Below, piece by piece: positions 1-10,131 of a DNA stretch of 64,000 nucleotides. The first letter of the stretch is position 1; each line of letters starts with the position of its first letter. The notes beneath the pieces are model-generated. The model saw only the letters and a program-made list of their open reading frames with translations. It was not told the DNA's origin and did not search any database. The translations under genes and the position numbers were made by a program. The stretch comes from a virus, in IMG/VR virus record IMGVR_UViG_3300049847_000198, positions 48,082-112,081 of that record; one strand, written 5' to 3'.

Positions 1-3000
1 GGAAGCATTCTTGCGAGCAAGCATCCCTGCTCGCTTTGTGTCTGATTCAACCTTCTTCTGTGAATCAGTTTTCGGTTCTGCATACAGCCGCCCCGTTGCG
101 TCTTGCGCCTTCTGGGACATGCCACGTCTCTGCATTTGCTTGAGATGCTCTTCTTTGGCCATCTCGCGAAAATCAGGACCAAGCGGCTGCGTGTATGTTG
201 CCGTAGATTTGCTTGACGAGGCATTTGCTCCCATGCCCTTTGTGCCCTGCGAGCGAGGACCGGGCATCGTGAACTCCATCTCGCTGGTTTCTCCACCAGT
301 TCGAGGTTCAAGCATCTTCTTGCGAAGAAACTTCAACGACGATTCATCTGCGCCAACGCCAGAGGCACGCTTCATTGAGTCTTGCGCTCGCTGAGACAAA
401 GCAGAATCCTGGTGCTGATCATAGAGTCGTTCCCCTGCCCCGTAATGGTTCTGGCTATTCCCGCCTGCTCTAAGCTGGCCGAGAGTTGGCAACGGTCCAA
501 CAAAAAGACTGCGACGAGAAATCTTCTCTCGTTCTGCGTTCTTTGCCGCCACCGCTTCCTGTTGTCGTTTTCGTGACGCCTTGAGTTGCTCGTTGCGTTG
601 CTGAAACGGCGTCAGCGACTTCTTGAAATAGGATCTGGATTGAGGAGCGGCTGACGGAATCGCCGGTCCAGCACCGAACGATTCGTGCTGTGGTTTATTC
701 ACCGTTGGGCGAGTTTCTTTTTTCTTTTCCTCAACAGGCTTCTTGTCGTAATCTGGAGCATCGAACCACAATTGGCCGCGACCAGAACCCGCACCCCATC
801 CAAAACCTCCGCCGCCCGCGAATCCCGGAACGCCAGCCTCGCCGAACATCTCCGCTGATCGCTTACCGTTGTTCTGCCCAAGCCGCTCCTGCTGCTGCGG
901 AGTCAGCACGACTTCACCGGGACGCAATCGTGCCGGGATCGTGTCGCGTGCGTCGCCTCGTCCGCCTTCCGCATATCCACGAATCATGCCACCCATCGCG
1001 CTGCCGGGAAACTTAGCCCCTCTGGCAAGGTCGTCTCGCAGAGCCTTGATCTCGTCACGAATCTGTTTTTCAACTTCCAGTGACGGATCGTTATTCAAAA
1101 GAGATGTCTGGATTGTGTTATACAATCCCTCAACGCCCATTACCTGCGCCGTACCCTTCGGGCGTGCGGCGTTATCCAGTTGCTTCAGGATCGTTTGCTG
1201 ATCGCCAGCAGAAGAATCATTAAACGACTCTTTGAGTGCTCCACGACTCTGCTTGATGTCGTCGAGACGGAACAAGCCTTCATTCACGACACCGGGAAGC
1301 ATCTGACTGAAGTTACGCAGTCCTGCTCCGGCGATTCCGAGAGCACGTTTGAACTTTGCTCGCTCTGCGTCGGCTACAAGCTGCAACGCCTCTGGTTCAG
1401 CGTTCAGCTTCTCGTAAGCCTTACGTCGAATCTCTAACTCGACTACCAGCTTTTGACTCTCTTGCTCGATATCTCGCTGAGCGTTGAATTCCGCAAGAAT
1501 TCGAGACTGACCTTTCGTCGTCATGTATTCTTGAGTTCGACGTTCTTTCTCTGGCTTGCTGGTCAGATTGTTATAGGCCGCTTGCGTGACATCGAGTTTC
1601 TCTTTGAGTTCAGGTCCGAGTCGTCTTACTCGCTCTTTCGCCTCCTTGATTGCCGCTTCATTCCCTTGAAGTCTTTCGCTTGCTCGACTGACGGCTTCCC
1701 CGAAAACAGGACGACCAGTTCTTGCTTGCTGGTTCCTTGCCTGCATCAACTCGTCTGATGTTGAGTTCGGATTCTCAGTCGCCTGACGAACGAGTTCCGC
1801 TCGTCCCTTGATGCTGTCGTCTAGTTCCTTCAGGAGAGCTTCAAGCTCCTTGTAAACACCAGCTTCTTTTTCTTTATCGAACTTTGCCTGTAGTTCGTTG
1901 ATATGTTTGCGAGCGCGAACGCGATCAAGTTCCGACATCTCAGTGAAATTCCACAGCTTTGGATTTTCTTTCGCAGCCTGAGAAAAATTCTTCGGAGCGT
2001 TGAATCTCCCTTTTGGTTCATATTTTTCCTCCTCAAGCCCCAGTCGAGCGAAAGTGTCACCGAAAGCTGGACCAATAGACTCAAAGAATCCAGAGAACGC
2101 ATCTTTGAAGTAATTGCCAACCGCTGGAAGTGGAGCACGATTCGGGTCTCGCTTGTCTGGAATGGACTCCTTCTCCATTCGGTTCATCTGTGCCTTGAGC
2201 TTGTTGATCTCCGCGTTGACCGCCATTGGGTCGCCAGAAATCTTCAGGATGTCTTCCGAGATCGAACCTGACGAAGATCGACCACGAATCTTCTCAACCT
2301 TGCCCATCGAGTCAGCAAGACGGTCGATCGAGTCCTTCCATCCCTCTGTTGATTTCTTCGCCTTCTTCGAGGCGATGTCATACAGCGCAGTCACAGCCAA
2401 CAACGAAGCGATGCCAACGCTTGCCGCTGTGCCGCCTACGCCTACCAATGCCAACGCGGGTCCAATGTTGTTCGCTGCACCAAGAAACGCCCTGACAGGT
2501 GATTGCCCTGCCGCGAGAACTTGGAAGAAGTCCTCAACGCCATACGCCGCCTGCTGTGCGGCGAACGTCAGGTTTTGGCCTCCAAACCCCTTTGATGCGG
2601 CATTCGGGTTGCGGACACGCTCGTTCTCTCTGTGTGCCTGAGCGAGTTTTGTTTGCGCAGCCTGAATCTTGTATTTGCTGGCACCGCTTGCTTCTAGGTC
2701 CGCCAAGACATTCTGTGCTTTATCGAGCGCGGCTTGAGCAGGTATAGCCTTCGCGGCGTTTACCGCGTTCATTTTCCGGCGTGTCTTTAGAGTTCGTTTA
2801 TCTTCGGCAGCAATATCTTCCAGTAGCTTAGCTGATTCCGCAGCCGCTGTGTCGCCTCTCGCAGCCGCCGCCGCTCCTGCCTTCCTCTGTTTTATTTCTT
2901 CTTTTTTGGCTGCCTTGAAGTCTCCTACGATAAGTTTATCAGCGTCGCCGTAAGCCGATTCGAGATGCTTAGCAGTCAGACTTCGGTCAACTCCGAAAAG

Positions 3001-4332
3001 ACCGCGTCCTTTGCGTATCTTCTCGGTAGCGTCGTCGTAGGCTTCTTGGCGATCCCCAAAGCGACTTGACGGCTTCGGGGCGTTTGCGGCATTCATCTTC
3101 GCCCACTGTGCTGCATTCGGTGCCGCAGGTCCGAACTGCGGACCTGGTGGCGGCGGTGAGTTTGCCGCTGCATTGGCAGCGTTCATCTTCGCCTGCTGAG
3201 CAGGAGTAGGTGCCGCAGGTCCGAACTGCGGCATTGACTGAGCGGCATTCATTGCCGCTTGTTGCTGCGGAGTCGGAACAGGCGGTCCAGCCGCCTGATG
3301 TGGTCCATAGGTTCCTGTCGGCTGACGGAACTGGTCTCGCTCCTGTTTCTTCTGGTTCTCTTTCTGTTCTCTAATCCAGTCGTCGGCAAACTTCTTATCC
3401 GCAGCCGCTTTTGCCGCCGCAGCCTTAGCGGAAACGTCCGCCGCTTTCTTTGCGTCAGCTTCTTGCTTCTGCCTATTCGCGTTCGCTGACTTAATCCAGT
3501 CGGCGGAAAACTTAGCCGCTGCGTCAGCTTTCTTCTTCTCGGCGTCAGCAGCTTTCTTTTGTGATTTTGCGTAATCAGCTTCTTGCTTCTTTGCGTCAGA
3601 CCGAGAAGAAGCGATCCACTGCTTCGCGAACTCTTCGTCCGCCTTGGCTTTGGCGATGCGAGCGGCTTCCGCCTGCTTCTCGGCAGTAGGCAATTCGTCT
3701 CCGCCAAGAGAGCGTTTAACGCCACCCATCGAGTTTCCTCCGGGAAGAAAACCGCCACCACCAACGGGCGGGTTCTCTCCGGCAGGCAATTCGTAATGGA
3801 CGCGAAACTTCTCTTGCTCTTTCAGGCGATACTTCTGGCGAGCACTTAAAATGCTCCCCGAAGGAAGAGGCTGATTTGGTCCCCCCAAGTCTGGACCGCC
3901 AAAATTAGCCGGTAATGGCCTTTGAGAAGGCGCTGTCGGTGTTTGCTCAATCGGCGGATTCGACGATCCAGAACGCGATTTTCGAGTCTTGGGAGCGTTC
4001 CGTGCGGCATTGGCTGAAGAAACAGCAGTCTTCGCTTCCTTCGCGGCCGCCGCCACGGCGTTCAGGTCCGTGACCATCGCGCTGGATTGCTCGGAAACGA
4101 CGTTCCTGAGACCTGTCTTTGCCTTTTCGCCAGCATCAAGAAAAGCCTCTCCGAGAACTGCGGCAGCGACTACCACACGTCCAAGGCTGTTTTCCATGCT
4201 CTTAGATGCGGATTCCACGGTCTTTGCCAGACCATCAACCTTCGTTTCAGTCTTTTTTGTCGCCGCAGAGAGTTCTTCCTCTGAAAAAAGAACGCCCTGA
4301 ACGAACCGCACGTTTTTCTTTGAATCCGCCAT
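1..4332 (-). CDS. Tape-measure-like long Ala/Lys-rich protein (>1444 aa, runs off the window edge)
   Basis: Absent from the ORF track because there is no stop in the window. ATG at 4332 follows GGAGG (MADSKKNVRFVQ...). Translated stretches at both ends are in the same frame. Helical low-complexity sequence with repeats KFxxDWI and PQFGPAAP and a hydrophobic segment SVGIASLLAVTAL. Confidence 0.6.
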   Translation of the reverse strand, partial: MADSKKNVRFVQGVLFSEEELSAATKKTETKVDGLAKTVESASKSMENSLGRVVVAAAVLGEAFLDAGEKAKTGLRNVVSEQSSAMVTDLNAVAAAAKEAKTAVSSANAARNAPKTRKSRSGSSNPPIEQTPTAPSQRPLPANFGGPDLGGPNQPLPSGSILSARQKYRLKEQEKFRVHYELPAGENPPVGGGGFLPGGNSMGGVKRSLGGDELPTAEKQAEAARIAKAKADEEFAKQWIASSRSDAKKQEADYAKSQKKAADAEKKKADAAAKFSADWIKSANANRQKQEADAKKAADVSAKAAAAKAAADKKFADDWIREQKENQKKQERDQFRQPTGTYGPHQAAGPPVPTPQQQAAMNAAQSMPQFGPAAPTPAQQAKMNAANAAANSPPPPGPQFGPAAPNAAQWAKMNAANAPKPSSRFGDRQEAYDDATEKIRKGRGLFGVDRSLTAKHLESAYGDADKLIVGDFKAAKKEEIKQRKAGAAAAARGDTAAAESAKLLEDIAAEDKRTLKTRRKMNAVNAAKAIPAQAALDKAQNVLADLEASGASKYKIQAAQTKLAQAHRENERVRNPNAASKGFGGQNLTFAAQQAAYGVEDFFQVLAAGQSPVRAFLGAANNIGPALALVGVGGTAASVGIASLLAVTALYDIASKKAKKSTEGWKDSIDRLADSMGKVEKIRGRSSSGSISEDILKISGDPMAVNAEINKLKAQMNRMEKESIPDKRDPNRAPLPAVGNYFKDAFSGFFESIGPAFGDTFARLGLEEEKYEPKGRFNAPKNFSQAAKENPKLWNFTEMSELDRVRARKHINELQAKFDKEKEAGVYKELEALLKELDDSIKGRAELVRQATENPNSTSDELMQARNQQARTGRPVFGEAVSRASERLQGNEAAIKEAKERVRRLGPELKEKLDVTQAAYNNLTSKPEKERRTQEYMTTKGQSRILAEFNAQRDIEQESQKLVVELEIRRKAYEKLNAEPEALQLVADAERAKFKRALGIAGAGLRNFSQMLPGVVNEGLFRLDDIKQSRGALKESFNDSSAGDQQTILKQLDNAARPKGTAQVMGVEGLYNTIQTSLLNNDPSLEVEKQIRDEIKALRDDLARGAKFPGSAMGGMIRGYAEGGRGDARDTIPARLRPGEVVLTPQQQERLGQNNGKRSAEMFGEAGVPGFAGGGGFGWGAGSGRGQLWFDAPDYDKKPVEEKKKETRPTVNKPQHESFGAGPAIPSAAPQSRSYFKKSLTPFQQRNEQLKASRKRQQEAVAAKNAEREKISRRSLFVGPLPTLGQLRAGGNSQNHYGAGERLYDQHQDSALSQRAQDSMKRASGVGADESSLKFLRKKMLEPRTGGETSEMEFTMPGPRSQGTKGMGANASSSKSTATYTQPLGPDFREMAKEEHLKQMQRRGMSQKAQDATGRLYAEPKTDSQKKVESDTKRAGMLARKNAS

Positions 4333-4404
4333 CGCCGCCTCCGTTGAGAATGAGGCGGCAGGTTAGCCGAAAAACGACGGGCGTGTCATCGTTGCGTATT
4401 TGGA

Positions 4405-4418
4405 GTGCCGCGCGGCAC
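4405..4418. repeat. parS-like palindrome copy 1 (GTGCCGCGCGGCAC)
   Basis: Matches consensus TCAGGTGCC-N4-GGCACTCGAAA; directly downstream of the polymerase-like gene stop. Confidence 0.85.
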
Positions 4419-4429
4419 CTGAGTTTCGG

Positions 4430-5971
4430 CTACGCCGGAACGACTGCGACTGTCGGCGATAGGCGGGACTGCCGAAAGCAGTCAACGAGACACTGCTCAG
4501 CGAACTTTGCGTCCGACTCCGTCACCAACAGGCTATCGTGGATCGTGCCAAGAAAACGCTTCGGTCTCGCCTTGAGGAACGCGGCAGCAGCTTTGTGGAT
4601 CACGTACTGGCTTTCGATGTTCTGGAGTAGCTTCGGTAAGACCGAGTGATGTGACCGCTTCAAGGTGCAGATGATCTTCCAGACGTGAGGAAATTCCCTG
4701 ACAAACAAATCTCGGAACAGGCGACCCGGAACGTCTTCTTTTTCGCAGAAGATGCACTCTCTGAAGAATGTCTGTTTGAACTCATGCCGAGCCATTGATG
4801 CGTAGCTGGTGCCAGCAGGCACTAGCTTTTGGAAGTGATCGTAGAGTTGGCCTTCACAGCAGAGCGTGATGTACCGCTCGCACTCTTTCCAGTGATGCTT
4901 TACCAGCCTGATCGCCGACAGAACATCGCTTTCGATGCTCTTGCTCAGAGGAACTGCCGAAGTCGGTTCTTGGTACAATTCCTGTGTGTTTTTGCAGTCA
5001 AAATCACCGTAAGTCGTTTCTTTAGTTGATTTTTCGTTAGATTGTTGCATCATAAGGGTGTGGGAGGGAGAGGGGCTTTCCTGCGGTTGTGTGGCGTTGT
5101 CTTGTGCGTTTGTTACATTTCGCGTCAGACGTTCAGTTGTGACTTTAGCTACACTGTAGTCGTTTTGTAATGAGTACCGTTCGATCTTGTGTATCAACTC
5201 ACGTACCTTGTCAGACTCCACGGTGTCGCTGAGGTTGAAAAGAAACATCAACAGACATCCGAAGATGAACGGCTGGCTGTTTCGGACATCGGTGTTCCAG
5301 AGTGATTCTCCGTGCCATCGCAGGTATTGCCGCAGGTCCGAGGACAGGTTCGTTAGGTTACTATGAACTCGCCCGTACTTGTCTTCCATCAAAAAGAATT
5401 GATGCGTTGAGATCATGGTGATGCTTGACTCGTCCATCCATTGAGCGAACTTCGGGTTCTTGGTTGCCGAATAGTCCTTGGCGAATCGCACATGCCGCAG
5501 AGCCGCTGGCGTGTCGATTTCCAGCCCTCTAAGCAGTTGGTACAGGGATTTGATCGTCGGACTTGAGAACCTGTCCTGCTGATCGTTTCGGAACTTGTCG
5601 ATCTTGCGGTTCAAGCGGCGGTTCTTGACCGGACGGATTACTCCGTAGGCGTATCGGAATGTGCCTGTCATGCGGTAGCTCCTTGAATAAAAACCAGCCC
5701 TATAGCTCAGATCGACCTCGATGACACCATTTTCTCTAAGCCAGTCGATCCACTTCGAGAGTCTCTTCCACGAAACGACCTCCCGTAGCTTGTCGATCTT
5801 CAAGTAAACCCAATCGTCCGGGTCGTATCGCCGCGAGTCGTGCATGAATCGCCCGTAGACGCAGTGAACGATGTAGGCGGCTTCCTCCCAGTGCTTCGAG
5901 AGTTCTGGCGGCGCACGACTGGCGATATCCAGCGTTTCAGGCAGCGTCAGATATCTCTGCGTCCAAGCCAC
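4430..5971 (-). CDS. Family-A/T7-like polymerase-fold protein, paralog 1
   Basis: GRVHSNLTNL, motif A-like DVRNSQP, motif B-like RHEFKQTFF, LQNIES, motif C-like TIHDS; no exonuclease domain seen. Confidence 0.65.
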   Translation of the reverse strand: MAWTQRYLTLPETLDIASRAPPELSKHWEEAAYIVHCVYGRFMHDSRRYDPDDWVYLKIDKLREVVSWKRLSKWIDWLRENGVIEVDLSYRAGFYSRSYRMTGTFRYAYGVIRPVKNRRLNRKIDKFRNDQQDRFSSPTIKSLYQLLRGLEIDTPAALRHVRFAKDYSATKNPKFAQWMDESSITMISTHQFFLMEDKYGRVHSNLTNLSSDLRQYLRWHGESLWNTDVRNSQPFIFGCLLMFLFNLSDTVESDKVRELIHKIERYSLQNDYSVAKVTTERLTRNVTNAQDNATQPQESPSPSHTLMMQQSNEKSTKETTYGDFDCKNTQELYQEPTSAVPLSKSIESDVLSAIRLVKHHWKECERYITLCCEGQLYDHFQKLVPAGTSYASMARHEFKQTFFRECIFCEKEDVPGRLFRDLFVREFPHVWKIICTLKRSHHSVLPKLLQNIESQYVIHKAAAAFLKARPKRFLGTIHDSLLVTESDAKFAEQCLVDCFRQSRLSPTVAVVPA

Positions 5972-6211
5972 GGATCATCCCGAATCGTTCGAGGATGCCG
6001 ATTTCTCGTGGCCAACAAAGAACGATAGCCACACGTCTCCGACAACGTATGGCTACGCCCTGAAATAAAGCCCGTAGGCTGTTGTTCCCTGTCCATACCG
6101 AGTCGGAGTTCGGCATCCAGATTATGCCGCTGCCGTCCGCTCGGATCAAGTCAAACCTATCATTCTCTGGTTTTCAGTAAAACGAACATCGAGTTACGGG
6201 AGATTCCCGAT

Positions 6212-6484
6212 TTACTGGCCAGCCGTTGAAGAAATCGCTGCACTCTGAAAGAACGGATTGTTCGGATTGGCGAACGCAGGCGGGTCGTCCATGCGCACCT
6301 TGTACCGGAACTTCATCTTTTCGGGATCGACCATGACGACTTGGTCTTTCCATTCGCCGCTGATGAAGAAGAACGGCTTCTGACCGCATTCGTCTCGCTT
6401 GAAGTTGCCGGCATTGACTGCCAAGAAATTCTTGTCGCCGTTCATGGCATAGACGGTTCGCAATCGCACTCTACTCATCGGCAT
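6212..6484 (-). CDS. Hypothetical protein
   Basis: 90-aa ORF overlapping the HU stop. Confidence 0.55.
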   Translation of the reverse strand: MPMSRVRLRTVYAMNGDKNFLAVNAGNFKRDECGQKPFFFISGEWKDQVVMVDPEKMKFRYKVRMDDPPAFANPNNPFFQSAAISSTAGQ

Positions 6485-6773
6485 ATTCCTTTTTTGCCAG
6501 TGCCGTGAACTTCCTCGCCAGCGTCGCTGAGGTGTTGAACTTAACGATCAGATTGTCAGGCACTTGAACGCTCTCCCCGGATCGTGGGTTCCTCGCCTTG
6601 TGTCCGGCACGCAGACGAACCTCAAAGACTCCGAGTCCTCTGACATCCACTCGGCGTTCCTCCTCCAGAGAAGCGACGATCGCCTTGAATGTTTTCTCGA
6701 CGAGTTCCCTGGTCTTCTTCTCGGTCAGACCAGTCATGTCCGAGATGGTTGCAATCAGTTTTTTGTTGAGCAA
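6471..6773 (-). CDS. HU/IHF-family DNA-binding protein
   Basis: VDVRGLGVFEVRLRAGHKARNPRSGESVQVP signature; AAGGAG RBS. Confidence 0.9.
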   Translation of the reverse strand: MLNKKLIATISDMTGLTEKKTRELVEKTFKAIVASLEEERRVDVRGLGVFEVRLRAGHKARNPRSGESVQVPDNLIVKFNTSATLARKFTALAKKEYADE

Positions 6774-6811
6774 GACAGACTCCTTGAACTCTCGACCCGC
6801 GAACTACTTTG

Positions 6812-6928
6812 TCAAAAATTGTATGCAGGCTTACCGATCAGCGTCTCGGCAGCGGGCTTGCTGGCAAGCTTAGCAATGAGGCAAGCAGCAACAACGAAAA
6901 AGAGCGTAATGATGCAGAATTCTTTCAT
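6812..6928 (-). CDS. Small membrane peptide (38 aa)
   Basis: MKEFCIITLFFVVAACLIAKLASK...; AAGGAG RBS; shares a 19-bp upstream element with the HU gene. Confidence 0.5.
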   Translation of the reverse strand: MKEFCIITLFFVVAACLIAKLASKPAAETLIGKPAYNF

Positions 6929-7030
6929 TCCACGACTCCTTCTTTAATAACTCTCGACCCGCGAACTCACTAGCCAGACGGGATTGGTTCTGCCCACGAG
7001 TGCTCTTTCTGGCCTTGAGACACATTAAAA

Positions 7031-7103
7031 TGCGACGTGACGGAATCGAACCGCCTTTCAGGGAGTTGAAAATCCCTTGCATGACCAATCTGCCAACGCC
7101 GCA
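7031..7103 (-). tRNA. Atypical tRNA, 8-nt anticodon loop (TTC Glu or TCA suppressor reading)
   Basis: Acceptor TGCGGCGT/ACGTCGCA; D arm GCAG-ATTGGTC-ATGC; anticodon arm AGGGA-TTTTCAAC-TCCCT; T arm GGCGG-TTCGATT-CCGTC; no encoded CCA. Confidence 0.85.
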
Positions 7104-7108
7104 CGAAC

Positions 7109-7606
7109 CTACCCGATCACCCAATACTTCTCGCCCGTCAGCCAGTTATGAAAGTCTGGCGAACCTGGTCGATAGTGAAGAAACTTGTCGATCTTCTTTT
7201 CGAGTCGTGCCGCATCAACCGGACGACTGCCTTTGTTCTCGACTTCCGAATACTTCCTGCCGCGAATGAACGCCAACGCGAGTCCCGCGTACCGAGACTC
7301 TTCTCGAAGTTCTCGAATGCGATGAGAGCGAAGCAGTTCGACGTAGATCAGTCCGCATCGCTTTTCTTCCTGACGGATCAGTCGCGACTCCGCAGCAAGC
7401 GATTTTGCGTTGATCCTGAGCCTATGGATCGCGAAGACTCTTTGGTTGTCCCATTCGCCGGGATGCGCGGCGGCGTAAACCAGTCGCCGTTCCTGACGCT
7501 TGGTTCGCTGCTTGATCTTCTTGCGTGCTCCGAACTGCGGATGACAGATGATGGCAGACGGAGCGAGTTGATTGTGGTTCTGGTTTTCGATGGTTGCTGT
7601 GGTCAT
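7109..7606 (-). CDS. Hypothetical basic protein
   Basis: ATG after AAGGA; 165 aa. Confidence 0.6.
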   Translation of the reverse strand: MTTATIENQNHNQLAPSAIICHPQFGARKKIKQRTKRQERRLVYAAAHPGEWDNQRVFAIHRLRINAKSLAAESRLIRQEEKRCGLIYVELLRSHRIRELREESRYAGLALAFIRGRKYSEVENKGSRPVDAARLEKKIDKFLHYRPGSPDFHNWLTGEKYWVIG

Positions 7607-7693
7607 ATCGTTTTCCTTGGAATTGAAACCTGAGATGGAAGAAAGAAACGTACCGTCGAACACTTCAGGAATCACGGCGGACCTCTCGCGTAT

Positions 7694-8485
7694 TCAGGAT
7701 TCTCCGTCAGGCTTCCATCCGTTACGGATCAAAACAGCGGCGAAGTCAGGCTTCAAATGATCTGGATGTTTTTTGAACTTGCCGTGCTCGTCAACGCTCC
7801 CGTTCTTGATCTTCAGAAGATTGTTTTCGTCTACGACGCTCTGCGCCTCGGCGAGTGGGAATCCGTGCGCGACGGAGGTTCCGACAGCAACGACACTGAT
7901 ATCGGCTACTGCGTCAAGCATTGCGACCAAATCAGGCTTCGCTGATTCCGCTAACCGCATCGCTGGATGAAAGAACAAGTCGTCGAAATCGACTCTTCCG
8001 GTATCGTGTCCAGTCGAAATAAACACCTGAACTGCCGCCGCGTCTGCGTACTCAAGCACTTCTTCTAAAAGAAGTCGCACACGAAGCTCTCGCGTCTTGT
8101 AGTCGGAGACTGTCGGCGACGGCGGGCATTCCTGCCCGAAGCCCTTCATCATCTGCCGCACGCGATCTTCGTGAGACGGCTTATGTGTCGGCCAGCAACC
8201 GATGAGTTTGTCTGCTGGATACGACTGCAAAGAAAACGGTTCGCTCGGTACTCCACAAACGGGAACCAAGTTGCGTCCGGCTGACCCAGAAACTTCACGA
8301 GCAATACCCTCAAGCAAAGACATGCGTCCTTCTCGCGTATAGGCCGTTCCGCTGGCAGACGTTTCGATGTCAAGTTGATCGCACCGCTCATGGTAACTAG
8401 CCACGTCTTCGGCGATCAGCGTTTGCAACGCAACTCCGCTTTCGATCTCTTCTTCCGTAAACGGTTCGGTTGGTTTTTCAATCAT
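7694..8485 (-). CDS. MazG-like/PRA-PH NTP pyrophosphohydrolase
   Basis: LRVRLLLEEVLEY, DAVADISVV, ENNLLK, GKFKKHPDHLKPD. Confidence 0.75.
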   Translation of the reverse strand: MIEKPTEPFTEEEIESGVALQTLIAEDVASYHERCDQLDIETSASGTAYTREGRMSLLEGIAREVSGSAGRNLVPVCGVPSEPFSLQSYPADKLIGCWPTHKPSHEDRVRQMMKGFGQECPPSPTVSDYKTRELRVRLLLEEVLEYADAAAVQVFISTGHDTGRVDFDDLFFHPAMRLAESAKPDLVAMLDAVADISVVAVGTSVAHGFPLAEAQSVVDENNLLKIKNGSVDEHGKFKKHPDHLKPDFAAVLIRNGWKPDGES

Positions 8486-9606
8486 TACCTTGCCTCAATT
8501 AGAGCCATAAGAAAGAAAACGCTGAAGTCCGCGTTACGCATCAGGAACGCACGCGGTTCCGACTGTGGACCACCAGCACACACATGCACAACCAGCGGTT
8601 CTTTGGACGGAAAGCACTTACTCGCCGAAGCCACGATCTCCACGTTCAAGCAAATCGTCACGTCAGGTTCGCCTTCACAACTACACGGCACCGTGGCTTC
8701 CGACTCACCATGCTGTGACTGCATCGACAGGCTGATCGTCTCTTTTTGGATGTGGGTGTCAATCCCCACGATCTCTGGCAGCTTCACCACGGCCATCTGT
8801 TGTGCTGCCAAGAAGAAATCACCAGCCTCTGCGATCGCCACTGGAGACGACTGCCTCAGTTTTCGATAGTTGGCCAGCGTGAATTTGCTGCCGATGTTCT
8901 GATGGCAGCCGACCTCAACAGCCATCTCTTCGCTCTTCGACTGCAATCGGATCGTCTTGTCGCTGGCGTAAACGTCCGCCTTCGTTCCAACACAGGCGTC
9001 GGCCAGCAGAGCGAGCGACTCGCGAGCACAGTTGATCTGCGGGAACTCTTCGCAGTCAGCGTTCAACGAGATACACACGAAGCGAGTCAGTTCGCTGCGT
9101 TCGCTCATGTCGTTACCGAAGACCATCGCCTTGCCAGCATCGCAGAATATGCCGCCTGAACCGATGCCGCCATCCCGCGTCGCTGACGACGAATACCGGA
9201 ACGCGGCACGCAGAACTTCAGGATCAGTCGAGAAGACAAACTTGTCGCTGAACTCCGGCATTGAGCGATTATCTTCTTCGTGCATCGTGTTGATGGTCGT
9301 CTTGCCGCCATCGAATGCGACGCCGATCTTCTCTTTGCCGACGCCGAGTTCTATAACTTCTCCGCGAGCACTCATTACGGCACCGAGAAGTTTTTCTGAC
9401 AGAACGTAGACGCAGAACTCGTCGTCGAACTTCTCTTCAAATGAGACCTCGCAGAACGCCGCCTGTGCATTCATCGCAAACAGAGACAGGACACGGTCTT
9501 TGCACGTCAGTTTGATCGCCTGATAGCACGGGTTCGGACTGCGAACAGCCGTGAACCGCGAGACCAGAGAGACAGCTTTCTTCAATAACTCAGATTTGAT
9601 TTTCAC
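8485..9606 (-). CDS. dnaN: DNA polymerase III beta sliding clamp-like protein
   Basis: 373 aa; N-terminus KSELLKKAVSLVSRF..RSPNP; C-terminal ICLNVE..ASK and FFLMAL pattern. Confidence 0.7.
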   Translation of the reverse strand: MKIKSELLKKAVSLVSRFTAVRSPNPCYQAIKLTCKDRVLSLFAMNAQAAFCEVSFEEKFDDEFCVYVLSEKLLGAVMSARGEVIELGVGKEKIGVAFDGGKTTINTMHEEDNRSMPEFSDKFVFSTDPEVLRAAFRYSSSATRDGGIGSGGIFCDAGKAMVFGNDMSERSELTRFVCISLNADCEEFPQINCARESLALLADACVGTKADVYASDKTIRLQSKSEEMAVEVGCHQNIGSKFTLANYRKLRQSSPVAIAEAGDFFLAAQQMAVVKLPEIVGIDTHIQKETISLSMQSQHGESEATVPCSCEGEPDVTICLNVEIVASASKCFPSKEPLVVHVCAGGPQSEPRAFLMRNADFSVFFLMALIEAR

Positions 9607-9828
9607 TTACTTGCCTTTCTTTGCGTTATCGGAGAACAGTTTTCGGCACTTCTCAAGGATGTCTTCGCTGTCGAAACAAGCCCATGCTCGTTGCTCGAAG
9701 TCTGTCTGGATGATCTCTTCAATCATCGACGCGGCGTCTTCAGGACTATGGCACATCAGCAACTCTTTGTCTGGAATTGTCGTGCTCTGCTTGGAGTTTT
9801 CTGTGCTGATTTCCCAATCAGTTTTCAT
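9607..9828 (-). CDS. Hypothetical protein
   Basis: GAAAGGCAA RBS; abuts the clamp gene. Confidence 0.5.
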   Translation of the reverse strand: MKTDWEISTENSKQSTTIPDKELLMCHSPEDAASMIEEIIQTDFEQRAWACFDSEDILEKCRKLFSDNAKKGK

Positions 9829-10131
9829 TGCTTGCCTTTCGGTTAGATTCGTCACGTTTCGGTCGCGGAGACACAAAAACAACCTCTTCACGACAGGAAG
9901 CCTCGCCATGCCTCACCGCCTTTGAAATCGCAGCGTCGATGGCTGAGATTTCCGTCTCGCCATAAGCACGAGACATCTCGCCGTAGTCCAAGGATTCATG
10001 AAACAACCAGGCAACGTAGGTTCCGTATTTGTCGGGGCCACTCACCACTGAAGTCACGAACATATCGCATTCCAATCGAACCTGGTTGACGTTTTACGCA
10101 ATCGTTTTTTGTTTAACGACTTGCGGCTTGA

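Noticed and set aside
11-4300. Numerous plus-strand ORFs in the track
   Set aside because: Antisense shadows of one long minus-strand ORF.
7031-7103. tRNA-Sec
   Set aside because: Variable loop is only 4 nt and the D stem is short; no sel genes seen.
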